From contig OZ244999.1 of assembly GCA_965223265.1 (NCBI GenBank), forward strand, positions 7,392,001 through 7,456,000: 64,000 bases of DNA, in the 5' to 3' direction. The stretch is from Planctomycetota bacterium. GTDB lineage: Bacteria > Planctomycetota > UBA8108 > SXIK01. Positions within the stretch are counted from its first letter, which is position 1. Each line of letters starts with the position of its first letter. The notes under the pieces are model-generated. The model did no database searches. It was not told where the DNA came from and worked only from the letters and a program-made list of their open reading frames with translations. Positions 28,769 through 38,804 of this stretch are shown piece after piece. Position numbers and translations under genes: made by a program.

Positions 28769-30514
28769 CTACATGCTCTCCAGTTCGTCTGAGATCAGCT
28801 GCAAGCGGTACATTTCGGCGTAGATGCCATCCAGCCGCACAAGCTCTTCGTGATCGCCCTGCTCGGCGATGCGCCCGTCGTCGAGCACGTAGATGCGATC
28901 GGCGCTGCGGATACTGGAGATCCGGTGCGACACGACGAGCGTCGTGAGCCCCTCGGTGTAGCGCCGCAAGTTCTGGAGGATTTCCTCCTCGGTCTCGGTG
29001 TCAACGGCCGAGAGAGCGTCGTCGAGAATCAGGATCCGGGGCTGAATGATGAGAGCGCGCGCCAACGCCGCACGTTGCCGTTGGCCTCCGGAAAGCGTCA
29101 CCCCCCGCTCCCCGACGCGCTCTTCGAAGCGGCTCGGAAAGCCGTCGATATCTACGGCGAGTCGGGTCAGTTCCGCAGCGGCCCTCACCCTGTCCATGTC
29201 GACCTCGTCACACCCGAACGCGATGTTGCGGCTGATCGTCTGGGAGAAGAGGAAACTCTCTTGCGGCACGAATCCGATGGCTCGGCGCAGATCAGAGAGC
29301 GGCAGATCGTTGACGTCACGCCCGTCGACGCGAACGGCCCCAACCGGCACGGGGTAGATGCGGGGAATCATGCTCAGGAGCGTTGATTTCCCTGAGCCTG
29401 TGCGGCCGATGATGGCGACGCTCTCGCCGCTCTGCACGTCGAGATCGATGCCGTGAAGGACTTCCTTCTGCCCGTACGAGAACGAAAGGTTTCTGATCGA
29501 GATCGCGCCGTCGACGTCCTGCTTCACGAGAGGCCCGGCGGAAGCGCCGTCGACGACGCGCGGTTTGTGCGCAAGCAGGCTGCGCAAGCGATCAACGCTC
29601 GCACTGCCGCGCTGGTACTGGTTCACGACCCAGCCAATCGACAGCATTGGCCAGAGCAGCGATAGCAAATAGCCGGTGAACTTGACGAGGTCATCAAGGT
29701 TCAGCGTGCCGTTCAGGATCATGACGCCGCCAACAAGAAGGATAAAAATCTGCCCCAGGTCGCCGACACCGCCGATGATCGGGTGCATCCAGGCGGAATA
29801 CATCGCGGCGCGGAGATTCTCAGAGTAGTACTTGCGCGCCGCGCGCCCGAATCGTTCGGTCTCTTTGTGTTCGAGTCCGAACGACTTAACGACACGCACG
29901 CCCGCGAAATCCTCCTGAGCGTGCGAACTCAGTTGCGATAGCGTCTCCTGCGCCTTGAGCATCTGAGCATGAACTCGAGGGCCGATGAGGCGCACCGAGA
30001 TCGTGAGCAGACTGAGCGGCAGCAGGACCACCAGCGTCAGCACCCAGCTGAGCGACACCATGAGCGGTATGGCCACGAGGAGCATGAAGAACGTGCTCAC
30101 GGAGTACATCACCACCGGCCCGATGATGACGCGTGTACGATCGACGTCGGATGACATGCGCGCCATGAGATCGCCCGTATGGGTCGTCTTGAAAAACAGC
30201 GCGTCGAGCCCCTGAACATGCCGAAAAATGTGGTTGCGCAGATCAAACTCGGCCCGCCGCGACGCACCGATCGTCAGTGAGCGCGTCGCGTAGAGCGTCA
30301 CCGCACGCACCACAGCGCAGACAAGAACCCAGCTGACGATCGTCTTGAGCTCGCCGGTAACGCGCCCTTGCTCTTGAAGGCTACCGACAGCCTCCCCCGT
30401 AAAATAGGGAATCCCGAGGTGCGCGACGATCGACACAGGCTGCAGGAGAATCCCCGCTGTGTAGTGTGGCCAGTACGGGTGGCAGTAGGGATACAGAAAG
30501 CGGAGTGCCTGCAT
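28769..30514 (-). CDS. ABC exporter TMD-NBD half (MdlA/YheI-like)
   Basis: GRTGSGKST, LSGGQRQR, degenerate Walker B LDDALSAVD; heterodimer partner of the adjacent gene. Confidence 0.95.
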   Translation of the reverse strand: MQALRFLYPYCHPYWPHYTAGILLQPVSIVAHLGIPYFTGEAVGSLQEQGRVTGELKTIVSWVLVCAVVRAVTLYATRSLTIGASRRAEFDLRNHIFRHVQGLDALFFKTTHTGDLMARMSSDVDRTRVIIGPVVMYSVSTFFMLLVAIPLMVSLSWVLTLVVLLPLSLLTISVRLIGPRVHAQMLKAQETLSQLSSHAQEDFAGVRVVKSFGLEHKETERFGRAARKYYSENLRAAMYSAWMHPIIGGVGDLGQIFILLVGGVMILNGTLNLDDLVKFTGYLLSLLWPMLSIGWVVNQYQRGSASVDRLRSLLAHKPRVVDGASAGPLVKQDVDGAISIRNLSFSYGQKEVLHGIDLDVQSGESVAIIGRTGSGKSTLLSMIPRIYPVPVGAVRVDGRDVNDLPLSDLRRAIGFVPQESFLFSQTISRNIAFGCDEVDMDRVRAAAELTRLAVDIDGFPSRFEERVGERGVTLSGGQRQRAALARALIIQPRILILDDALSAVDTETEEEILQNLRRYTEGLTTLVVSHRISSIRSADRIYVLDDGRIAEQGDHEELVRLDGIYAEMYRLQLISDELESM

Positions 30515-30744
30515 GCGAACGGCGGGTCTTTCGGTTACGAGTGGAGACGAAGGCGTCGTGCAAGGCCTCGATCGTGTATCGAAACGACGGATTCTAAGAG
30601 AGTAAGTAGCCGCAAGCAAACGACATTAGTCAGGCTCGAACAGGATCTCCGGCACAGGTCCTGTCCTTTCAAGCGCATGCGAGATTCGTTAGAATGCTGC
30701 GCTGACTGCGCCGAGTCATCCCATCCCCGCCAAGGAGCGAACGC

Positions 30745-32076
30745 ATGTCCCTGAGCCTGCGCATTCGACTGTCCATCATGATGTTCCTGCAGTACTTCAT
30801 CTGGGGAGCATGGTTCGTCACCATGGGCACGTACATGCTGGACTCCGAATCCGGCCTGGCCTTCGAGCTTGGTCACGTCGGTCGCGCCTACAATGCGGCC
30901 CCCGTCGCAGCGATCATTTCGCCATTCATTGTCGGCCTGATCGCAGATCGCTTTTTTGCCACACAGTGGATTCTCGGTTTTCTGCATCTCGCCGGTGGCG
31001 CCTTCATGTTTTGGCTTTCGACTCTCACACAAGGCACGGCGTTTGGCATGTTTTGGCTGGTGCTCATGGGGCACACGCTCGTCTACATGCCGACGCTGGC
31101 TCTGACGAACTCGCTATCGTTTCGTCAGATGACAGACCCTTCACGTGAGTTTCCGCCGATACGGGTTCTCGGCACTCTCGGTTGGATCGCGTCGAGCGGC
31201 TTGGCCGGCATACTGATCGTGACGGCCTCCGGCGGCATAACACTCGACATCCCATGGCTCTTCGGAGACGTCAGCGGTCAGAGTGGGGAACGAACGAGTT
31301 ATCCGATGAAGATCGCGGCGATCTCCAGCATTGTCATGGGACTCTACTGCTTCTCACTTCCCCACACTCCCCCTGCACGGCGTGAGGGCAAGGTTTCTCT
31401 AAGAGAAATCGTTGGCTGGGACGCACTGAAAATGATGAAGGACGCTCCTTTCGCCGTCTTTGTCATCGGCTCATTTCTGATCTGTTGGCCGCTGCAGTTC
31501 TACTATGCCGGAGCAAACGCCTTCCTGAATAGCTTTGGAGGCGCTGGCATGGAGCAGTTGCCGCCTTTCGAAAACGCCGCGACAAAGCAGACTTTGGGAC
31601 AGTGGTCCGAACTCGTCTTCATGCTGATCATGCCATGGTTTTTCGTCCGCCTTGGTGTCAAGAAGATGCTCCTTTTCGGCATGTTGGCGTGGGTGATCCG
31701 ATACGTCCTTTTCGCTTACGGTGATTCGACGCCGTCGAAGGTGTGGATGCTCTATGGCGGGATCCTTCTTCACGGCATCTGTTACGACTTCTTCTTCGTC
31801 ACGGGACAAATCTATGTCGATAAGAAAGCCCCGGACCACATTCGCGCTTCTGCTCAGGGATTCATAACGTTTGTCACGATCGGTCTCGGGCTTTTCATAG
31901 GATCTGAAATCTTTGCTGCCCTGGGTTCAGGAGTTCAAGCGCTTGATGTAGCCAAGCGGTGGTATTGGATATGGATCATTCCGGCAGCACACGCTTTCGT
32001 CGTGCTGCTCTTGTTCGCCTGGGCTTTTCGTCCTCGAGACGCAGACGCGCCGACCGACGCTTCGACGCAACCTTAG
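30745..32076 (+). CDS. Nucleoside:H+ symporter family MFS permease (NupG/XapB/YegT-like)
   Basis: MMFLQYFIWGAW, FPPIRVLGTLGW, GQWSE, LHGICYDFFFVTGQIYVD. Confidence 0.92.
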   Translation: MSLSLRIRLSIMMFLQYFIWGAWFVTMGTYMLDSESGLAFELGHVGRAYNAAPVAAIISPFIVGLIADRFFATQWILGFLHLAGGAFMFWLSTLTQGTAFGMFWLVLMGHTLVYMPTLALTNSLSFRQMTDPSREFPPIRVLGTLGWIASSGLAGILIVTASGGITLDIPWLFGDVSGQSGERTSYPMKIAAISSIVMGLYCFSLPHTPPARREGKVSLREIVGWDALKMMKDAPFAVFVIGSFLICWPLQFYYAGANAFLNSFGGAGMEQLPPFENAATKQTLGQWSELVFMLIMPWFFVRLGVKKMLLFGMLAWVIRYVLFAYGDSTPSKVWMLYGGILLHGICYDFFFVTGQIYVDKKAPDHIRASAQGFITFVTIGLGLFIGSEIFAALGSGVQALDVAKRWYWIWIIPAAHAFVVLLLFAWAFRPRDADAPTDASTQP

Positions 32077-32088
32077 GAACTCCTTTCG

Positions 32089-33204
32089 ATGCCCCTGATT
32101 AGAGACTACGAAGCAACGTGGGAACTCTACGAAACCTGCGCCAAGGCCAATCTTGTCATGGCGCGCATCGGATACAGCGACCAGGATCAGATCCAAGCCA
32201 TCGTGCGCGGCGCGGCGCGCTTTGCCGCCGACCACGCGATCAAGAGTCTGCCGATCGGCATCTTCGCGACCGTGGGGCATTACATCATGCAGCAGCTCCC
32301 TCGCTACCTCATGGCCGATCACGTGCTCCCTTCGGTCGGCGGGGACCCCGTCGAATATCGTCGCCGTCTCTTTCGCAACGTTCGCTTGTCGACGAACTTC
32401 ATGGAGATCCTCACCGACCCGGCCGATAGCGACTTCGGCTCGGTCTACGTCACCCATCACTACGACCATGGCCACCACACCCTGCCTGGCGGCAAGAGGT
32501 CGCAAAACGAACTTCTGCGTGACACCGAGTTCATCGCTCACTTTTCGAGCGTCATGTTCGACGACACGCACTCTCCATTCGAGGCAAACCTGGAGAACTC
32601 TCTCGACTACAAGCGCTTCCTCGATGAAAACGGCAGCCGCAAGGTACTCGAGGGCTGCCTCGAGGAAGTCGGCGCTGCCGGTCTCGGTAAGAGTGGAACG
32701 GCCTTCACCGACCCGACTCAAATCGAGACCTACCTCGAAAAGACAGGGTTCGAGCTCGTCGTCCCCAACATCGGCACCGAGTCAATTCACGCCAAACCCG
32801 TCGGTGTGCAGTGGGACATCCTCGAAGAGCTGACACGGCGTGGCGTCGGCCACCATTTGATCGTGCACGGATTCTCTTCAATTCGCACCCTCGACGCCGC
32901 ACAGCAGCAGCGACTCGGAGAGCTCGGAGTCGTCGGCATGAACGCATGGAGCTATATTCCACAAACCGTCGGCCGACGACTCTTGGAGCGCGCAGAACTC
33001 ATCCGCAAGCACCACGATGATGCGAAAGGGTTTCCCGTCGACTTTGACGCTGATGGCCAGCCCAAGTATGAGCCATCAGACGATGCAAACGTCTTTTTCG
33101 GGCCACTTCTCGACCAGGTGCGTGACTTGAAAATCAAGCTCATCGCGGCGGGGGTCTACGATATTCTCGAAAACCTCGGCTACGCGCGACTCGGAAACAT
33201 ATAG
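32089..33204 (+). CDS. Divergent class II fructose/tagatose-bisphosphate aldolase-like protein
   Basis: HYDHG, SSVMFDDTHSPFEANL, LEGCLEEVG, FTDP, TGFELVVPNIGT, LIVHGFSS. Confidence 0.75.
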   Translation: MPLIRDYEATWELYETCAKANLVMARIGYSDQDQIQAIVRGAARFAADHAIKSLPIGIFATVGHYIMQQLPRYLMADHVLPSVGGDPVEYRRRLFRNVRLSTNFMEILTDPADSDFGSVYVTHHYDHGHHTLPGGKRSQNELLRDTEFIAHFSSVMFDDTHSPFEANLENSLDYKRFLDENGSRKVLEGCLEEVGAAGLGKSGTAFTDPTQIETYLEKTGFELVVPNIGTESIHAKPVGVQWDILEELTRRGVGHHLIVHGFSSIRTLDAAQQQRLGELGVVGMNAWSYIPQTVGRRLLERAELIRKHHDDAKGFPVDFDADGQPKYEPSDDANVFFGPLLDQVRDLKIKLIAAGVYDILENLGYARLGNI

Positions 33205-33208
33205 CTCC

Positions 33209-34201
33209 TCACTCGTCGACAAGTTCGATCGTCACATCGAGTCGCTTTGCCAACAGTCGCAGCAGCGGGTGAAACGTGTAGTCGTCGAGCGCAAAGGCAC
33301 GGGCGTAGTTCGCAATCGCACGGCACCGATCTCCGGCGCCAGTTGCCGCAAGAGCACGCAGATAGTGGAGCCACGATTCCGCGGCGACCGCGTCCCCAAG
33401 TTTTTCGAGCACCGACGTCGCCTTTCCGTCGCGTCCGCGCACCATCAGGCTAAACGCGGCCAGTAGTTCCAAACGCGGTGTGCGCCACGTCTCGTCTGCT
33501 CCTTTGAAGCCATGCAGCTGCTCGACACGAGCATGCTCGCCGGCGAAGAATGCTGCATCGACGGCCGTCTGCCACTCCGCCTTCGACGCGGGATCCGGCG
33601 ACACGGACTTGGCCGAAGACGGTGCAGAATCGCTCGCTGTCTTGGCCGCCGCTGCTGAAGCGGCCGCATCGTCGCCGCGGATCTCCGCTTCCAGATCGGG
33701 GGCGGAGAGAAAACGGAAGTGGACGTCCAAGGCGGCGCTGCGTCCACCAGCGCTATGAAGCCGCGCGTCGAACAGCGCCAGGATGCGACCGACCGCCGAC
33801 GCGTTCCAGTAGGTACCGCGCGACACCTTAAGGCTGGTCGCCGCAGCGGTGGTCTCGAACTCAATCAGCTGAGCCAACGTCTCGCCGAGCGGGTTGCGCG
33901 CGGCGACAACACCTTCCAGCGCCTCCCGGGCGTCGACGAGCCGTCCGACGTCGTAGAGGATCAGAGCACGGAACAGATCCGTGACTCGCTCGTTGCCTTT
34001 AGATCCAACCCGCTCGAGTGCTTCGAGCGCGTCGTCGGTTCGCCCGAGCTCAGCGTAGGCGCGGGCCAGAGGGTAGAGCGCTTCGACGGAGTCGGACCTG
34101 CGCTGAAGAGCTGATTCGAAAAGCTCACGAGCACGCTGAGGATGGCCGTGAAGTAATGCTGTGTGGCCGCGTTTCACTGCCTTTTCAGCTGCAAACCACA
34201 T
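33209..34201 (-). CDS. Tetratricopeptide repeat protein
   Basis: ALYPLARAYAELGRTDDALEAL and HYLRALAATGAGDRCRAIANYARA repeats. Confidence 0.75.
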   Translation of the reverse strand: MWFAAEKAVKRGHTALLHGHPQRARELFESALQRRSDSVEALYPLARAYAELGRTDDALEALERVGSKGNERVTDLFRALILYDVGRLVDAREALEGVVAARNPLGETLAQLIEFETTAAATSLKVSRGTYWNASAVGRILALFDARLHSAGGRSAALDVHFRFLSAPDLEAEIRGDDAAASAAAAKTASDSAPSSAKSVSPDPASKAEWQTAVDAAFFAGEHARVEQLHGFKGADETWRTPRLELLAAFSLMVRGRDGKATSVLEKLGDAVAAESWLHYLRALAATGAGDRCRAIANYARAFALDDYTFHPLLRLLAKRLDVTIELVDE

Positions 34202-34351
34202 CAGGATCTTCCAACCACGTCGTTCTCTTCAACTTCAACGGCTGTCAACTCAAGCCACACTCGATGATATCGGTCGCCTTCTTCCAGGGCTGGAAGAAAT
34301 CGCGCTAAGAATCACCGCACTCTATTGCATGCTCGTATCTTGGCCACGGGA

Positions 34352-35332
34352 CTACGGTCGTATCACCGACTCGCCCGACCAGGCCTCATAGACACGGATA
34401 ACGTCCTCTCGATCGACGAATTCCCGGTAAGCCAGTCGCATCTCGAACGAGAATTCCCGGTCCTTCTGGTAGCGACGTTGAAGCAGAACAAAATCCCAGG
34501 CAGGATTGCGACCGCCACCGCCCGTCGGCGACTGCGCGAATCGAACTTCGCCGCCGCGCGCCGGCTGCTTGAACATGAAGATGACCGCCTTGCCGTGAAA
34601 TAGCCCGTAGTAGAACGGGTAGACGTAGTCGTAGTTCGAGCGGCCCGTGACGAGCGTGAGCGGCATACCCTCGTCGTGAGCGAGATCGCGTCCGCCCTGA
34701 TGGGCGTGGGAAGCAAGTTCCCCGTGCCGCGGCGAATGATGGTTGATCCAGCGCGGTTTGGCGTCCTGTTGACCGCGGCGAGTCGCGATGAAATGAATGC
34801 CGCGATTCTTCGGCGACTGAATGTAGGAGGCGAAGAAAAGTCCGATGTAGCCGTGCTTCTGCCAGGCATCCCCGCGCGGTGTGCAGCGTACCGTTAAGTC
34901 GATCGCATCGGGTGCAGCTACCGTGTAGAGGAGCGTCGTCTCTAGCGGCCAATGCTGCGTCCGTTCTTGATGCAGCTCGACGCTATACTCTCCGAACCGC
35001 CGCAACTTCATGGGGCTGCGGCGAGGCTCAAAGATGTCCCAGCCGTAGCTCGAAGCGTTGCCGCTGAAGATGTGCTCGAAATTAAGACCTGAGTAACTCG
35101 GTACGAAAACACTACGTCCCTCTGGTCCGACACTGAGCTCGGCGACGCCGCTGTAGCCACGTCGATGGGATGGCGCGTAGGCGCCGTTATCAACGATCAC
35201 AACGCGCAAGTCACCGCGACGTAGCGTCAAAAGCTTCGCTGCTTCATCCTCGGCCGCAAGCGCGATCGATGCCAGAACGCCTGCGAAGACGCACGCCGCG
35301 TCGACGCCGAAAAACTTCACTCGTCGCCGCAT
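34352..35332 (-). CDS. Secreted hypothetical protein (beta-rich, possibly galactose-mutarotase-like)
   Basis: N-terminal signal peptide (..IALAAED) and aromatic-rich beta composition; the fold is a guess. Confidence 0.65.
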   Translation of the reverse strand: MRRRVKFFGVDAACVFAGVLASIALAAEDEAAKLLTLRRGDLRVVIVDNGAYAPSHRRGYSGVAELSVGPEGRSVFVPSYSGLNFEHIFSGNASSYGWDIFEPRRSPMKLRRFGEYSVELHQERTQHWPLETTLLYTVAAPDAIDLTVRCTPRGDAWQKHGYIGLFFASYIQSPKNRGIHFIATRRGQQDAKPRWINHHSPRHGELASHAHQGGRDLAHDEGMPLTLVTGRSNYDYVYPFYYGLFHGKAVIFMFKQPARGGEVRFAQSPTGGGGRNPAWDFVLLQRRYQKDREFSFEMRLAYREFVDREDVIRVYEAWSGESVIRP

Positions 35333-35829
35333 ATACGCTCCTTCTCACTCGGTTCGAGATCAACTCCACGCGCGCATCGGTGACGTGCAGAAGCACTCCT
35401 TGCGTCGCGGCAACTCGAGACAGTCGACAAGCCCCGATGCGGAATGATCGCTCGAAAAGAGTCGGCTTACGCGCGCATCCGCGTTCGATTCTTCACGTCG
35501 CAAAGCTACGCCGCACGCCACACTTGTGACGTTCGTTCGGACGAAATGCACGCTCAAAAACGGGGAGCTTTCATGGTCGCGTTGCCTCAGGCGAGGATCA
35601 ACAAAAACCCGCCGCCACGCCGCCGCGGCTCCTCGCACCCACCCCTGCGGCCATAGATGTCGCCGGGGGAGATCGAGCTGGGAGCTCGAAAACCCTAAAA
35701 AATAAGGGGAAAAAGTGGCTTCAACGCTTGACTCTGCGCCCCCGAACGCATTAATTATCAAACCCAATTATCGGCCCCCCAACGGAGGGGGAATGAGGAG
35801 TCACTGCCCTGAAGAGAAAAGGAGTTCTC

Positions 35830-36156
35830 ATGGCAAAGGCAAAGACCGCTGCTGCGAAACCACCCACCAAGTCCGAGATTCAGTCCCAGATCGCTGATTC
35901 GACCGGGCTGACCAAGAAGGAGGTTTCGTCGGTGTTCGACGCTCTGGCGGAAGTGATCGGTAAGAACCTGGGCCGCCGCGGCCCCAAGGTCTTTACGATC
36001 CCAGGCCTGGTAAAGTTCAAAGTGATCCACAAAAAGGCCACCAAGGCCCGCAAGGGGATCAACCCGTTCACCGGTGAGGAGACGATGTTTAAGGCCAAGC
36101 CAGCACGCAACGTCGTCAAGGCTCAGCCTCTCAAAGCTGTGAAGGATATGGTTTAA
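35830..36156 (+). CDS. HU family (DNABII) DNA-binding protein
   Basis: TKSEI..IADSTGLTKKEV, KARKGINPFTGEE..KAKPA; strong SD aaggag. Confidence 0.95.
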   Translation: MAKAKTAAAKPPTKSEIQSQIADSTGLTKKEVSSVFDALAEVIGKNLGRRGPKVFTIPGLVKFKVIHKKATKARKGINPFTGEETMFKAKPARNVVKAQPLKAVKDMV

Positions 36157-36637
36157 CGCCCCTGTTCTTCACGCAAGGTTGCCGGCGAGGAATCCGCAGT
36201 TAACAGCCCCCTTTGGTGCGGGGGTGCTGACGAACGCGGTTCCTCTGTCCCCGCCTTGGAAGAACGTAAACTCTTCCGCACTCGCGGGAGAGGAGCAACT
36301 TGCTCAGAGGTGCTATTCGGACAGGTTCACCTGTCCGTCGCGAGACGTGCTGTGGCGCTCAGGCTGCTACGGTCAAACGCCGTTGCTTATTCGATCATTC
36401 GAGCAATCGGCATTGACCTCAAGCTGCCGCCGACCGGGTGTCACAGCGCGCCTCACCCCGAGGAGGATGATCGTCTGCTAGGCGATCCGTCGCACTGGCC
36501 GCGGGATCGGTGGGGTCCCACGTGCGGCTTGACACGTGCGTGCAGGATGTCGAGTTACCGGCCGACCGGTTAGCCGAACTTGCCGCTGCAACGTACCCTT
36601 ATCTGGACTAACGACGGATTCCCATCAGGGCAGAAAC

Positions 36638-38191
36638 ATGATCCGACTCCAAGGACTCAAGGGCTGCTGCGAAGGTGACGCCTTCCAGTTCGATGTCGAC
36701 GAGATTACGCTCGGGCGTAGTTCGACATGCGACGTCGTCGTCGACGATGCGAGTTGTTCGCGTCAGCACGCGACCATCCGCCGCAGCGAATCAGAGTATC
36801 GGATCAGCGACCTTGGGAGCACGAATGGAATCAAGGTCAACGGGGCCAAGGTCGAAGAGGCGTCACTCAACTACGGCGATCGATTCTCGATCGGACGCAA
36901 TCTCTTCATCTTTCTCGCCAACATTCCTACCGACGAAGACGACGACTCCGATCTCGGGGTTGAAGACTTAATTGAAGTCGAGGCGGCGGAGAATCGCCTG
37001 ACGAAAAACCTCACCGGACTGACGCAAGTCATCTCGGTGGGGAACGCACCATCGGTGTCAGCAGCAGAGCTAGAGATGCTGCAGAAAACTCACCAACAGA
37101 TGCACTTCGTCTATCGAGTCAGCCGTGCACTCAACAGCACACTAGACCGCGACGAACTCCTGGCCCTCGTCTGCGACTACATCTTCGAAGAGTTCGCGAA
37201 CGTAGAACGGGTGTCAATCTTCCTGGCGTCGCCTACCGACCCATCAAGGTTGTCGGAGTGCAGCTGCGTCTCGAGAGGGAAACGCCCGTCACGCCCCGTC
37301 AGCCGGGCCGTTCTCGACCGGGTCAAGAGAGAGCGAGCCGGAATCCTCGCCGGCAACGCTGCAGACGACGAACGATTCGCCACCTCGGACAGCATCCATC
37401 GATTGGACCTGCGGGCGCTCATGTGCGTGCCACTGTTGATCGGAGCGAAGTTTCTCGGCGCCATCTACGCGGAGAACTGTTCGAAAATTCACTGCTTCGT
37501 CAAATCAGAGCTGGAGCTCTTCACGGTCCTCGCCAACCAGGCCGCTGCCGCGATCGGTAACGCCCTCCTCTACGAGGAAATCCAAGTTTCGTTCTTCGAG
37601 ACCGTCCGCAGTCTCGGAAACGCGCTCGAGGCCAAGGACAAGTACACTCGCGGTCACAGTGAGCGCGTCGCGCGCTTTGCTGTGGGCATCGGTCACCACC
37701 TCGGTTACGACCAAAAACGTCTACAGACTTTACAGGTCGCTGCTGAACTCCATGACATCGGCAAGATCGCGATCGACGAAAGCATCATAGGGAAGGACGG
37801 CAAACTCACCGACGCCGAGTTCGATGTTATGAAGAAGCATCCAGAACTAGGCGTTGAGATCTTGCGACCTATTCGCTTCCTCAAGGACGCTCTGCCGATC
37901 ATCTTGCACCACCACGAGCGTTTCAACGGGAAGGGATATCCCGAAGGCCTCACGGGAGACGAGATTCCTGAGGAAGCCCGCGTTCTCAACCTCGCGGACG
38001 CCTTCGATGCGATGACGACCAAACGCCCCTACAACACACCTGCGACCATGGCGGAAGCAATCGCGCGCTGCAATTCAGAAGCAGGTGACAGCTTCGACCC
38101 ACGGTGCGTCGATGCGTTCGTTCGCTTCCTCGACGGCGAAGAGGAAACGACGATTCTCCGAGGTTCGGTCAAGCTGGCGCACGAGACATAA
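36638..38191 (+). CDS. FHA-GAF-HD-GYP cyclic-dinucleotide phosphodiesterase
   Basis: FHA LGRS..SRQHA..DLGSTNG; GAF LMCVPL; YTRGHSERV, LHDIGK, HHERFNGKGYP, ADAFDAM. Confidence 0.93.
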   Translation: MIRLQGLKGCCEGDAFQFDVDEITLGRSSTCDVVVDDASCSRQHATIRRSESEYRISDLGSTNGIKVNGAKVEEASLNYGDRFSIGRNLFIFLANIPTDEDDDSDLGVEDLIEVEAAENRLTKNLTGLTQVISVGNAPSVSAAELEMLQKTHQQMHFVYRVSRALNSTLDRDELLALVCDYIFEEFANVERVSIFLASPTDPSRLSECSCVSRGKRPSRPVSRAVLDRVKRERAGILAGNAADDERFATSDSIHRLDLRALMCVPLLIGAKFLGAIYAENCSKIHCFVKSELELFTVLANQAAAAIGNALLYEEIQVSFFETVRSLGNALEAKDKYTRGHSERVARFAVGIGHHLGYDQKRLQTLQVAAELHDIGKIAIDESIIGKDGKLTDAEFDVMKKHPELGVEILRPIRFLKDALPIILHHHERFNGKGYPEGLTGDEIPEEARVLNLADAFDAMTTKRPYNTPATMAEAIARCNSEAGDSFDPRCVDAFVRFLDGEEETTILRGSVKLAHET

Positions 38192-38265
38192 CCTCGAAAG
38201 GGCCAACAAGACCGGCAACCTGAGGCGCCGACTCGAGTCGCGGGGGGCGCTAGCAGGCTGACATG

Positions 38266-38664
38266 TCAGTCAGTCGTCGTCGGTAGACCGCGCCGTACCC
38301 AACCTGGAAAAGTCACGTTCCCCGCCTGATCCAGCTCAGCGTCGTAACCGCCGCGCATGTCGACGACGTTCGAATAGCCCTCGTGCTGCAGCGCCTGTAC
38401 CGCCTTCATTGAGCGCCCGCCGCGCAGACAACCCACGATTAACTTTGAATCCACAGGAAACTGAGCCTTCATCGCATCAAGAAAGCCCGGGTTCGGCACG
38501 AGACCGGGTCCGTTCGGATTGCGATCAAGGAGCGGGACATTCACCGCTCCCGGCACATGACCCGCGGCGAATTCCTCTTGTGATCGGACGTCAACATAGT
38601 GATAGCCCTCGCCTGTCTCGAGGAGCCGCTGAGCTTCTTCCGGATCGATGCGTTCGACTTGCAT
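38266..38664 (-). CDS. Rhodanese-like domain protein
   Basis: VDVRSQEEFAAGHVPGAVN, CLRGGRS, MRGG. Confidence 0.92.
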   Translation of the reverse strand: MQVERIDPEEAQRLLETGEGYHYVDVRSQEEFAAGHVPGAVNVPLLDRNPNGPGLVPNPGFLDAMKAQFPVDSKLIVGCLRGGRSMKAVQALQHEGYSNVVDMRGGYDAELDQAGNVTFPGWVRRGLPTTTD

Positions 38665-38804
38665 GAGTGATTCCGTGGGAGTTGCGTTCGATTGACCGTT
38701 CAATGAACCGGGGGAAAAAGATTACCGAAAAAACAGGGGAAACGCGACGATCGCAACTGACATTCTTCGCCGTTGCTGCGTACCAATCTCGCGGCTGAGG
38801 TTCA

